From the IMG/VR virus record IMGVR_UViG_2778261218_000003: a stretch of DNA of 12,147 bases. One strand, written 5' to 3'. Positions within the stretch are counted from its first letter, which is position 1. Each line of letters opens with the position of its first letter. This document shows, in pieces, positions 1-8,250 of the stretch. Source of the DNA: a virus (taxonomy: Duplodnaviria > Heunggongvirae > Uroviricota > Caudoviricetes). The notes below the pieces were generated by a model. The model searched no databases. It saw only the letters and a program-made list of their open reading frames with translations, and was not told the DNA's origin. Both the position numbers and the translations under genes were made by a program.

Positions 1-543
1 ATGAAACGTTCAATTATTGCTGCCGCTGTCTTTTCTTCTTTTTTTATGAGCGCTGGAGTATTTGCTGCAGACGTTGATACCGGAACATTAACTATTAAGG
101 GGAATATTGCAGAATCTCCGTGTAAATTCGAAGCGGGTGGTGATTCAGTAAGTATTAATATGCCGACTGTACCAACCACTGTCTTTGAAGGTAAAGCTAA
201 ATATTCTACCTATGATGATGCAGTCGGTGTAACCAGCAGCATGTTAAAAATTAGCTGCCCGAAAGAAGTTGCTGGTGTAAAACTCTCGTTGATTACCAAC
301 GATAAAATAACCGGTAACGATAAGGCGATAGCCAGTAGCAACGATACCGTGGGTTACTATCTCTATTTAGGTGATAACAGCGATGTCCTGGATGTTTCTG
401 CACCTTTTAACATTGAGAGTTATAAAACAGCGGAAGGTCAATATGCTATTCCGTTTAAAGCAAAATACCTGAAACTGACAGATAACTCAGTGCAATCAGG
501 TGATGTGTTATCTTCTCTGGTTATGCGTGTGGCGCAGGATTAA
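1..543 (+). CDS. yehD: Fimbrial major subunit (chaperone-usher pilin), YehD-like
   Basis: 180-aa ORF with ATG at base 1 and an N-terminal signal peptide (MKRSIIAAAVFSSFFMSAGVFA). It is the first gene of a pilin-chaperone-usher-adhesin array, followed by an intrinsic terminator-like hairpin. Gene identity is recalled from the E. coli yehDCBA-rcnBA-rcnR neighbourhood, not searched. Confidence 0.85.
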   Translation: MKRSIIAAAVFSSFFMSAGVFAADVDTGTLTIKGNIAESPCKFEAGGDSVSINMPTVPTTVFEGKAKYSTYDDAVGVTSSMLKISCPKEVAGVKLSLITNDKITGNDKAIASSNDTVGYYLYLGDNSDVLDVSAPFNIESYKTAEGQYAIPFKAKYLKLTDNSVQSGDVLSSLVMRVAQD

Positions 544-580
544 TAAATAAAATTGCAAGTTTCTCCAGGTAATAAACATG

Positions 581-606
581 GCCGCTATCCCCATGGCGGC
601 TTTTTA
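581..606 (+). terminator. Intrinsic terminator/attenuator-like hairpin between the pilin and chaperone genes
   Basis: 8-bp stem GCCGCTAT / ATGGCGGC (one G-U pair), CCCC loop, then TTTTT at 601-605. This is the usual position for a partial terminator after the major subunit gene in fimbrial operons. Confidence 0.5.
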
Positions 607-623
607 ATTTAAGAGGCATTAAG

Positions 624-1298
624 ATGAAAGGATTATTATCTTTACTCATTTTTTCTATGGTCCTTCCTGCACATGCCGGAATTGTTATCTACGGGACGCG
701 CATTATTTACCCGGCAGAAAATAAAGAAGTTATGGTGCAGTTGATGAACCAGGGAAACCGTTCTTCGCTGCTGCAGGCGTGGATTGATGATGGCGATACG
801 TCGTTACCACCAGAAAAAATTCAGGTTCCTTTCATGTTAACGCCACCAGTGGCAAAAATAGGGGCAAATTCCGGGCAGCAAGTAAAAATCAAAATTATGC
901 CGAATAAACTGCCCACTAATAAAGAAAGCATTTTTTATCTGAATGTTCTGGATATTCCACCAAATAGTCCAGAACAAGAAGGTAAGAATGCACTGAAGTT
1001 TGCGATGCAAAACAGAATCAAATTGTTTTACCGCCCGGCGGGTATTGCTCCGGTAAATAAAGCGACCTTTAAAAAGTTACTGGTAAGTCGCAGTGGCAAT
1101 GGATTGGTGATAAAAAATGACTCAGCTAATTGGGTGACGATTTCGGATGTCAAAGCTAATAATGTCAAAGTCAATTATGAAACTATAATGATTGCCCCCT
1201 TAGAAAGTCAGAGTGTTAATGTCAAAAGTAATAATGCAAATAACTGGTATCTGACCATTATCGATGACCACGGCAACTATATTAGTGACAAAATTTAA
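624..1298 (+). CDS. yehC: Periplasmic fimbrial chaperone (PapD-like)
   Basis: 224-aa ORF with RBS AAGAGG at 611-616 and signal peptide MKGLLSLLIFSMVLPAHA. The N-terminal region (GIVIYGTRIIYPAENKEVMVQLMNQGNRSSLLQAWID) fits the PapD-like chaperone pattern. An in-frame stop at 606-608 excludes a longer N-terminus. Confidence 0.85.
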   Translation: MKGLLSLLIFSMVLPAHAGIVIYGTRIIYPAENKEVMVQLMNQGNRSSLLQAWIDDGDTSLPPEKIQVPFMLTPPVAKIGANSGQQVKIKIMPNKLPTNKESIFYLNVLDIPPNSPEQEGKNALKFAMQNRIKLFYRPAGIAPVNKATFKKLLVSRSGNGLVIKNDSANWVTISDVKANNVKVNYETIMIAPLESQSVNVKSNNANNWYLTIIDDHGNYISDKI

Positions 1299-1313
1299 TT
1301 GCAGGAGCTGCCT

Positions 1314-3794
1314 ATGTTGAGAATGACCCCACTTGCATCAGCAATCGTAGCGTTATTGCTCGGCATTGAAGCTTATGCAGCTGAAGAAACCTTTGATACC
1401 CATTTTATGATAGGTGGAATGAAAGACCAGCAGGTTGCAAATATTCGTCTTGATGATAATCAACCCTTACCGGGGCAGTATGACATCGATATTTATGTCA
1501 ATAAGCAATGGCGCGGGAAATATGAGATTATTGTTAAAGACAACCCGCAAGAAACATGTTTATCAATAGAAGTTATCAAGCGGTTAGGCATTAATAGCGA
1601 TAACTTCGCCAGCGGTAAGCAATGTTTAACATTTGAGCAACTTGTTCAGGGTGGGAGCTATACCTGGGATATCGGGGTTTTTCGTCTCGATTTCAGTGTC
1701 CCGCAGGCCTGGGTGGAAGAACTGGAAAGTGGCTATGTTCCACCGGAAAACTGGGAGCGGGGTATTAATGCGTTTTATACCTCTTATTATGTGAGTCAGT
1801 ATTACAGTGACTATAAAGCGTCGGGTAATAGTAAGAGTACATATGTACGTTTTAACAGCGGGTTAAATTTACTGGGGTGGCAACTGCATTCTGATGCCAG
1901 TTTCAGTAAAACAAATAACAATCCAGGGGTGTGGAAAAGCAATACCCTGTATCTGGAACGTGGATTTGCCCAACTTCTCGGCACGCTTCGCGTGGGTGAT
2001 ATGTACACATCAAGCGATATTTTTGATTCTGTTCGCTTCAGCGGTGTGCGGTTGTTTCGTGATATGCAGATGTTGCCTAACTCGAAACAAAATTTTACGC
2101 CACGGGTGCAGGGGATTGCTCAGAGTAATGCGCTGGTAACTATTGAACAGAACGGTTTTGTGGTTTATCAGAAAGAGGTTCCTCCTGGCCCGTTCGCGAT
2201 TACAGATTTGCAGTTGGCCGGTGGTGGAGCAGATCTTGATGTCAGCGTGAAAGAGGCGGACGGCTCGGTAACCACCTATCTGGTGCCTTATGCAGCAGTG
2301 CCAAATATGCTGCAACCCGGCGTATCGAAATATGATTTTGCGGCGGGTCGTAGCCATATTGAAGGGGCGAGCAAACAAAGTGATTTTGTCCAGGCGGGTT
2401 ATCAGTATGGTTTTAATAATTTATTGACGCTGTATGGTGGCTCGATGGTCGCGAATAATTATTACGCGTTTACTTTGGGGACTGGCTGGAATACACGCAT
2501 TGGTGCCATTTCCGTCGATGCCACGAAGTCGCATAGTAAACAAGACAACGGCGATGTGTTTGACGGGCAAAGTTATCAAATTGCCTACAACAAATTTGTG
2601 AGCCAAACGTCGACGCGTTTTGGTCTGGCGGCCTGGCGTTATTCATCGCGTGATTACCGGACATTTAATGATCACGTTTGGGCAAACAATAAAGATAATT
2701 ATCGCCGTGATGAAAACGATGTCTATGACATTGCCGATTATTACCAGAACGATTTTGGCCGTAAAAATAGCTTCTCTGCCAATATGAGCCAGTCATTGCC
2801 AGAAGGCTGGGGGTCTGTGTCCTTAAGTACGTTATGGCGAGATTACTGGGGGCGTAGCGGCAGCAGTAAGGATTATCAGTTGAGTTATTCCAATAACTGG
2901 CGGCGGATAAGCTATATCCTCGCGGCAAGCCAGGCGTATGACGAGAATCATCATGAAGAGAAACGTTTTAATATTTTTATATCGATTCCCTTTGATTGGG
3001 GTGATGACGTTACGACGCCTCGTCGGCAAATATATATGTCTAACTCAACGACGTTTGATGATCAGGGGTTTGCCTCAAATAATACGGGATTATCAGGAAC
3101 CGTTGGAAGCCGGGATCAGTTTAACTATGGGGTCAACCTGAGTTATCAGAATCAGGGAAATGAAACGACAGCTGGGGCGAATTTGACCTGGAACGCGCCG
3201 GTTGCGACAGTGAATGGCAGTTATAGTCAGTCGAGTACTTATCGACAGGCTGGAGCCAGTGTTTCAGGGGGCATTGTCGCCTGGTCGGGGGGCGTTAATC
3301 TGGCGAACCGTCTTTCCGAAACGTTTGCTGTGATGAATGCGCCAGGAATTAAAGATGCTTATGTCAATGGGCAAAAATATCGCACAACAAACCGTAATGG
3401 AGTGGTGGTATACGACGGAATGACACCTTATCGGGAAAATCACCTGATGCTGGATGTGTCGCAAAGCGATAGCGAAGCAGAATTACGTGGCAACCGGAAA
3501 ATTGCCGCCCCTTATCGCGGCGCGGTTGTACTGGTTAATTTTGATACCGATCAGCGCAAGCCCTGGTTTATTAAAGCGTTAAGAGCGGATGGTCAACCAT
3601 TAATGTTTGGTTATGAAGTCAATGATATCCATGGTCATAATATTGGCGTTGTCGGTCAGGGAAGCCAGTTATTTATTCGCACCAATGAAGTACCGCCATC
3701 GGTTAATGTGGCAATTGATAAGCAACAAGGACTTTCATGCACAATCACCTTCGGTAAAGAGATTGATGAAAGTAGAAATTATATTTGCCAGTAA
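1314..3794 (+). CDS. yehB: Outer-membrane fimbrial usher protein
   Basis: About 826-aa ORF, the size of usher proteins, sitting between chaperone and adhesin genes. I prefer the ATG at 1314 (RBS AGGAG at 1303-1307) over the track start at 1299; it gives a signal-peptide-like N-terminus MLRMTPLASAIVALLLGIEAYA. Confidence 0.85.
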   Translation: MLRMTPLASAIVALLLGIEAYAAEETFDTHFMIGGMKDQQVANIRLDDNQPLPGQYDIDIYVNKQWRGKYEIIVKDNPQETCLSIEVIKRLGINSDNFASGKQCLTFEQLVQGGSYTWDIGVFRLDFSVPQAWVEELESGYVPPENWERGINAFYTSYYVSQYYSDYKASGNSKSTYVRFNSGLNLLGWQLHSDASFSKTNNNPGVWKSNTLYLERGFAQLLGTLRVGDMYTSSDIFDSVRFSGVRLFRDMQMLPNSKQNFTPRVQGIAQSNALVTIEQNGFVVYQKEVPPGPFAITDLQLAGGGADLDVSVKEADGSVTTYLVPYAAVPNMLQPGVSKYDFAAGRSHIEGASKQSDFVQAGYQYGFNNLLTLYGGSMVANNYYAFTLGTGWNTRIGAISVDATKSHSKQDNGDVFDGQSYQIAYNKFVSQTSTRFGLAAWRYSSRDYRTFNDHVWANNKDNYRRDENDVYDIADYYQNDFGRKNSFSANMSQSLPEGWGSVSLSTLWRDYWGRSGSSKDYQLSYSNNWRRISYILAASQAYDENHHEEKRFNIFISIPFDWGDDVTTPRRQIYMSNSTTFDDQGFASNNTGLSGTVGSRDQFNYGVNLSYQNQGNETTAGANLTWNAPVATVNGSYSQSSTYRQAGASVSGGIVAWSGGVNLANRLSETFAVMNAPGIKDAYVNGQKYRTTNRNGVVVYDGMTPYRENHLMLDVSQSDSEAELRGNRKIAAPYRGAVVLVNFDTDQRKPWFIKALRADGQPLMFGYEVNDIHGHNIGVVGQGSQLFIRTNEVPPSVNVAIDKQQGLSCTITFGKEIDESRNYICQ

Positions 3795-3809
3795 TAGTCA
3801 GGTGGTTCT

Positions 3810-4844
3810 ATGGAAATTCGCATAATGCTATTTATATTAATGATGATGGTTATGCCTGTGAGCTATGCGGCATGTTATAGTGAGTTATCTGTTCAGCACA
3901 ACTTGGTTGTTCAGGGGGATTTTGCACTTACTCAAACACAAATGGCGACATATGAGCATAATTTTAATGATTCGTCATGCGTAAGTACAAATACTATCAC
4001 CCCTATGAGCCCGTCGGATATTATTGTTGGACTTTATAACGATACCATAAAATTAAATTTACATTTTGAATGGACCAATAAAAACAACATCACGTTGTCA
4101 AATAATCAGACCAGTTTCACCAGTGGTTATTCAGTTACGGTGACACCTGCGGCCAGTAATGCAAAAGTGAATGTTTCTGCGGGGGGCGGCGGTTCAGTGA
4201 TGATTAATGGTGTTGCGACATTATCCAGTGCTTCATCATCGACACGCGGGAGTGCCGCAGTACAATTTCTACTGTGTTTATTAGGTGGCAAGTCATGGGA
4301 TGCATGTGTAAATAGCTACAGAAATGCATTGGCACAAAATGCAGGTGTCTATTCCTTTAATCTGACATTGTCATACAACCCGATAACCACAACCTGCAAA
4401 CCGGATGATTTATTAATTACTTTAGACAGTATTCCCGTTTCACAATTACCAGCCACAGGTAACAAAGCAACAATAAATAGTAAAAAAGAGGATATTATTC
4501 TGCGTTGTAAAAATTTATTAGGTCAACAAAATCAAACATCACGGAAAATGCAGGTGTATTTATCAAGTTCTGACTTGTTAACCAACAGCAACACAATACT
4601 GAAAGGTGCGGAAGATAATGGCGTAGGATTTATTCTTGAAAGTAATGGTTCGCCAGTCACACTTTTAAATATCACTAACAGCAGTAAAGGATATACAAAT
4701 TTAAAGGAAGTTGCGGCGAAGTCAAAACTTACAGATACAACGGTTTCAATTCCGATAACTGCCAGTTACTACGTCTACGATACAAATAAAATTAAATCTG
4801 GCGCACTGGAGGCAACCGCATTAATCAACGTGAAATACGACTAA
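3810..4844 (+). CDS. yehA: Fimbrial adhesin-like / minor subunit protein
   Basis: 344-aa ORF in the last position of the operon, with a hydrophobic N-terminus and Ser/Thr/Asn-rich composition typical of tip adhesins. Followed by a strong terminator. Confidence 0.8.
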   Translation: MEIRIMLFILMMMVMPVSYAACYSELSVQHNLVVQGDFALTQTQMATYEHNFNDSSCVSTNTITPMSPSDIIVGLYNDTIKLNLHFEWTNKNNITLSNNQTSFTSGYSVTVTPAASNAKVNVSAGGGGSVMINGVATLSSASSSTRGSAAVQFLLCLLGGKSWDACVNSYRNALAQNAGVYSFNLTLSYNPITTTCKPDDLLITLDSIPVSQLPATGNKATINSKKEDIILRCKNLLGQQNQTSRKMQVYLSSSDLLTNSNTILKGAEDNGVGFILESNGSPVTLLNITNSSKGYTNLKEVAAKSKLTDTTVSIPITASYYVYDTNKIKSGALEATALINVKYD

Positions 4845-4900
4845 TAACAAGCAAGACGAGCAAGTGGCTAATAATAAAAAATAACAAGGTGTCTGCATTT

Positions 4901-4927
4901 CCCCCTCATGATGAGGGGGCTTTTTTT
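4901..4927 (+). terminator. Rho-independent terminator ending the fimbrial operon, shared with convergent rcnB
   Basis: Stem CCCCCTC (4901-4907) / GAGGGGG (4913-4919), 5-nt loop, then CTTTTTTT (4920-4927). An A-rich tract at 4871-4885 on the other side and the rcnB stop codon inside the T-run suggest it also serves the minus-strand gene. Confidence 0.6.
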
Positions 4928-5264
4928 AGCGATGATAAAAAATCTCACCGTCGTAGGCTTTAATGATTTTACCGTCGGTGTCGCTGATCAACACGTACGC
5001 GCCACCCATATAGGTCCAGTGCGTCCCGGCATCAGGCGCGGGCAGGTTACGTAACTGCCACTGCTTAATGTTGTACTCATCGGTGCGGTACATCTCTGGG
5101 ACGGTATCGCCTGGTTTGAAATGCTTAAAGTCAGCAATGAAACTGCTTAACTCATACTTAGAAATTCCCGAGGTATTGGTCGAACCCGCGGTGGCTGGTG
5201 CGGCCCAGGCGGCACTGGTAACCAGCAAAAGCGCACCCAGCAACATCTTATTTTTAATGGTCAT
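4926..5264 (-). CDS. rcnB: Periplasmic nickel/cobalt homeostasis protein RcnB (YohN)
   Basis: The track ORF (4926-5444) is trimmed to the internal ATG at 5264, giving a 112-aa protein with a signal peptide (MTIKNKMLLGALLLVTSAAWA). It lies immediately downstream of rcnA on the same strand. The sequence matches my recollection of RcnB. Confidence 0.85.
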   Translation of the reverse strand: MTIKNKMLLGALLLVTSAAWAAPATAGSTNTSGISKYELSSFIADFKHFKPGDTVPEMYRTDEYNIKQWQLRNLPAPDAGTHWTYMGGAYVLISDTDGKIIKAYDGEIFYHR

Positions 5265-5379
5265 AAACTCTCCACTTTGGGGATCTGTAATATCAGTCGC
5301 ATATCTTTCCTGCCATACAATATAACTGACAAGCGATATTTTGTTAGTGATCCCATGATTTCGTAAAAAGTGTAAATGA

Positions 5380-5402
5380 AAGGATGCCCTAAAAGCATCC
5401 TT
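5380..5402 (-). terminator. Stem-loop between rcnA and rcnB (possible attenuator)
   Basis: 8-bp inverted repeat AAGGATGC / GCATCCTT with a 7-nt loop. On the minus strand it is followed by a U-rich but interrupted tract. Weak call. Confidence 0.3.
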
Positions 5403-5482
5403 AGCGAGCAGAGAGTCAGCGGAAATAGCTGATTTAAGAATCATCCTGGGCTGAAGATAACATGCAAGCCTAAAGGATTGAG

Positions 5483-6307
5483 TTATCGCATTATGCCCAT
5501 GAAGCCATGTACGCCCATATACACACCAACTAAGCCAATCAACAGACTGGAAAAATAGGGGGCGCGTTTAGCGAGAGTGTTAAATCCGCTCCAGCGTTTT
5601 GCGACCTGCTGAACGCTGATTGCTGCGCCAACGCCTACGGTGATAAGCGTTAACGCCAGGCCAATGCTGAAACTGACGACCAGTGTTGCGCCCAGTGTCA
5701 GGGCTTTCAACTGAATGCATATCAACAGCACGGTAATTGCTGCCGGGCAGGGGATAAGGCCACCGGTTAAGCCAAATAACAAAATTTGCCAGTTGGTGAC
5801 CTCTCTACCATCAAAGCGTCGTTTAATGTCATTGGCATGGGCTCGTGCATGGGCATCCTGATACTCGCCATGTTCGTGATGGTGATGATGTCCATGGTCG
5901 TGGTGATCTTCGTGATCGTGGTGATGATGTTCATGATCATACTCGTGCATATTCTCCAGCCAGTTGCGTTCGCCGCGCCAGGTACGCCAGAACATCCAGA
6001 ACGCGGTGCCAATAATGATCACTGCGGAAATCAGCTGGAGCCACGGTTCTGCTGATTGAGCAGTAAAGCGCTTGCTGATCACCATCCCGCCAAAGGCAAT
6101 TAACCAGACCACTGCGGTATGCGAAATAGTTGCTGCCAGTCCGAGCATCACCGCTTGTTTAATGGTGCCTTTGATGGCGATGATAAACGCCGCCATCATC
6201 GTTTTTGAGTGCCCTGGTTCCAGGCCATGAAGCGCACCAAGTAAGATGGCGCTGGGGATGAAGAACCAGGCGTTTCCTTGCTGAAGAAGAGTTGTAAATT
6301 CGGTCAT
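5483..6307 (-). CDS. rcnA: Nickel/cobalt efflux permease RcnA (YohM)
   Basis: 274-aa membrane protein with several hydrophobic segments and a distinctive His/Asp/Glu-rich loop (HEYDHEHHHHDHEDHHDHGHHHHHEHGE). It is divergent from rcnR across an operator-bearing intergenic region. Confidence 0.9.
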   Translation of the reverse strand: MTEFTTLLQQGNAWFFIPSAILLGALHGLEPGHSKTMMAAFIIAIKGTIKQAVMLGLAATISHTAVVWLIAFGGMVISKRFTAQSAEPWLQLISAVIIIGTAFWMFWRTWRGERNWLENMHEYDHEHHHHDHEDHHDHGHHHHHEHGEYQDAHARAHANDIKRRFDGREVTNWQILLFGLTGGLIPCPAAITVLLICIQLKALTLGATLVVSFSIGLALTLITVGVGAAISVQQVAKRWSGFNTLAKRAPYFSSLLIGLVGVYMGVHGFMGIMR

Positions 6308-6344
6308 GATAATAATTCTTAGTATTAATTCGGCAATCTGATTC

Positions 6345-6379
6345 TACTCCCCCCCAGTACCTGATACTACCCCCCAGTA
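6345..6379 (+). promoter_or_regulatory. Tandem RcnR operator sites in the rcnA-rcnR divergent promoter region
   Basis: Two copies of TACT-(C-tract)-AGTA: TACTCCCCCCCAGTA at 6345-6359 and TACTACCCCCCAGTA at 6365-6379. These fit the published RcnR recognition motif (TACT-G6-N-AGTA read on the other strand). Confidence 0.75.
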
Positions 6380-6427
6380 GATTAATAGTGCTATGATTTT
6401 TCATATTCTTGTTAACCAGGTGTTGCC

Positions 6428-6700
6428 ATGTCTCATACAATCCGTGATAAACAGAAACTGAAAGCGCGTGCCAGTAAGATTCAGGGCCAGGTCGTGGCGC
6501 TCAAGAAAATGCTCGACGAGCCGCACGAATGCGCTGCAGTTTTACAACAGATTGCTGCTATCCGTGGCGCGGTAAACGGTCTGATGCGGGAAGTGATTAA
6601 AGGTCATCTGACGGAACACATCGTTCACCAGGGGGATGAGCTAAAACGTGAAGAAGATCTGGATGTCGTTCTGAAGGTGCTGGATTCATATATCAAATAA
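6428..6700 (+). CDS. rcnR: Ni/Co-responsive transcriptional repressor RcnR (CsoR/RcnR family)
   Basis: 90-aa ORF ([38 protein letters not shown]...), the size and sequence of RcnR, divergent from rcnA. Confidence 0.9.
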
Positions 6701-6789
6701 TTTATTAACGCGATTGTAAAACTGCCGTTTTTCCTCGTTTACAACGCGTGCGCTGGACATTACCATCCTCCTCTGCGATTTATCATCGC

Positions 6790-6841
6790 AACCAAACGAC
6801 TCGGGGTGCCCTTCTGCGTGAAGGCTGAGAAATACCCGTAT
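6790..6841 (+). promoter_or_regulatory. Truncated TPP riboswitch (5' half of the thiM leader aptamer)
   Basis: AACCAAACGACTCGGGGTGCCCTTCTGCGTGAAGGCTGAGAAATACCCGTAT matches my recollection of the E. coli thiM TPP aptamer through P2, P3 and the CUGAGA junction. The expected continuation (CACCTGATCTGGATAATGCCAGCG...) is absent; from 6842 the sequence is unrelated and AT-rich. Confidence 0.7.
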
Positions 6842-6970
6842 TTTCTCATTTAGTGTTTTTTGTGGTTCTGGGTTGTTCGTGGCTGTTTGTGTATGTATTT
6901 GATATTTAAATAATTATTGTATTTTCTTGTTTGTTGTTGTTCGTTGCTGTTCGTAGGGCTTCAACGAAAT

Positions 6971-6994
6971 GTGTGGTCAGTTGTGTGGTCAGTT
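6971..6994 (+). repeat. Perfect tandem 12-bp direct repeat upstream of int (putative arm-type recombinase or IHF binding sites)
   Basis: GTGTGGTCAGTT at 6971-6982 and again at 6983-6994, with further GTTCGT-containing iterations at 6871-6882 and 6933-6957, all between the island junction and the int start. Confidence 0.5.
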
Positions 6995-7029
6995 TTTTGA
7001 GGCTGGAGGACTGAAAAGAGGATCTGATA

Positions 7030-8250
7030 GTGGGAAAAGCACTAAACAAACTGAGCGATTCGACGTTAAAAAAATTGGCGGCTGTCCAGGCAGAAAAAGA
7101 GCGTTTTTACTCCGACGGGGGCGGGCTGGAGATTAAACACTCAAAGGGCGGCAAATTAACCTGGTATTTCCGGTACCGAACGGGAGGCCGTGAGGTTGCC
7201 GCAGAGCGGTTAAAGCTGGGGGCTTACCCTGAATTGTCGCTGAAAGCTGCAAGGGAAAAACGCGCACAGTGCCGGGCATGGCTGGCTGAGGGTAAAAACC
7301 CCCGTTATGAGTTGTGCGCCACAGTACAGGAAGCGCTAAAACCCGTTACGGTGAAGGAGGCGATTAACTACTGGCTGGATGAATATGCGAAGGATAACCG
7401 CAAAGACTACATAAAGCTGGTGCAACGTATGGATAAGCACATCATTTGCCATATAGGGGCAATTCCTCTTGATAAATGCGATACAAGGCAGTGGATCGCA
7501 TGTTTTGACCGTGTACGAAAAAAAGCACCAGTAGCAGCGGGGCACGTCATGCAAACCTGCAAACAGGCGCTAAAGTTCTGCCGCAGGAGGCGCTACGCGT
7601 TCAGTAATGCCCTGGACGATTTGATCGTCAGCGATGTGGGTAAGAGAGCAGAAATTCGCGAGAGGGTGCACAGCAACAGCGAATTAAAGGAAATTCTACG
7701 TGCTATTGATAGTGATGTGTTCGCGCCTTACTACAGCGCGTTAATGCGCTTGCTGATTGTGTTCGGGTGCAGAACGGCAGAGGTCAGACTTTCAGAGATC
7801 AAAGAATGGGATCTGAAAGAAATGTTGTGGACAGTACCAAGAGAGCACAGCAAAACGAAGGTAACGATATTCAGGCCAATCCCCGATGGCATTTTGCCGT
7901 TCATTCAGAAGCTGGTGGATCAGAACCGGCATACAGGGTTATTGCTCGGAGAACTGAAAAAAGATACCACGGTAGCGCAATATGGGCGAAATGCGCATAA
8001 GCGGCTTAAGCAGGAACACTGGACGCTGCATGACTTCCGGCACACGTTTACAACGATGCTGAACGATTTAGGTGTCGATCCGCATATCGTTGAGCACATC
8101 ACAGCGCATCAGATGCCCGGTCAGCAAAAAACCTATAACCATTCACGCTATTTACAGGCGAAGCGGGACGCGTTGAATCTGTGGGTTGAGCGTCTCGATG
8201 TGCTGGCTGGAAATCATGAAAATATTATTATGCTAAAGGTGGCTAAATGA
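7030..8250 (+). CDS. int: Tyrosine site-specific integrase, P4/CP4-57 family
   Basis: 406-aa ORF with a GTG start and RBS AAGAGGA at 7014-7020. The N-terminus is P4-int-like (GGLEIKHSKGGKLTWYFRYRTGGREV...GAYPELSLKAAR). The C-terminal catalytic region carries HDFRHTF (H-x-x-R) and a downstream Tyr (KTYNHSRY). Confidence 0.9.
   Translation: MGKALNKLSDSTLKKLAAVQAEKERFYSDGGGLEIKHSKGGKLTWYFRYRTGGREVAAERLKLGAYPELSLKAAREKRAQCRAWLAEGKNPRYELCATVQEALKPVTVKEAINYWLDEYAKDNRKDYIKLVQRMDKHIICHIGAIPLDKCDTRQWIACFDRVRKKAPVAAGHVMQTCKQALKFCRRRRYAFSNALDDLIVSDVGKRAEIRERVHSNSELKEILRAIDSDVFAPYYSALMRLLIVFGCRTAEVRLSEIKEWDLKEMLWTVPREHSKTKVTIFRPIPDGILPFIQKLVDQNRHTGLLLGELKKDTTVAQYGRNAHKRLKQEHWTLHDFRHTFTTMLNDLGVDPHIVEHITAHQMPGQQKTYNHSRYLQAKRDALNLWVERLDVLAGNHENIIMLKVAK

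Noticed and set aside
1811-3464. Several 60-120-aa ORFs inside yehB (1811-2008, 1894-2139, 2010-2378, 2421-2606, 2470-2664, 2665-2928, 2832-3029, 2938-3141, 3264-3464)
   Set aside because: They are alternative-frame or antisense shadows of a well-supported 826-aa usher gene, with no RBS context and odd composition.
3607-3825. 72-aa plus ORF across the yehB-yehA junction
   Set aside because: It is an out-of-frame overlap of the usher 3' end; yehA has its own start at 3810.
5068-5325. 85-aa plus ORF antisense to rcnB
   Set aside because: It is the antisense shadow of rcnB.
4926-5444. 172-aa extended form of rcnB
   Set aside because: The upstream 60 codons lie in the rcnA-rcnB intergenic region. 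The internal ATG at 5264 gives a signal peptide and the expected 112-aa size.
5767-6055. ORFs 5767-6012 (-) and 5786-6055 (+) inside rcnA
   Set aside because: They are frame-shifted or antisense readings of the His-codon repeat; the products are implausible (poly-Ile/Thr/Met/Val).
6159-6440. 93-aa minus ORF spanning the rcnA N-terminus and the rcnA-rcnR intergenic region
   Set aside because: It overlaps the rcnA coding sequence in another frame and runs across the RcnR operator sites.
6701-7029. A tRNA or tmRNA gene as the integration target
   Set aside because: I see no cloverleaf-compatible sequence or T-loop/acceptor features between rcnR and int. The interrupted element is instead recognisable as a riboswitch.
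7336-8102. ORFs 7336-7554 (-), 7767-8000 (+) and 7920-8102 (-) inside int
   Set aside because: They are embedded in the integrase gene in other frames, with no independent support.
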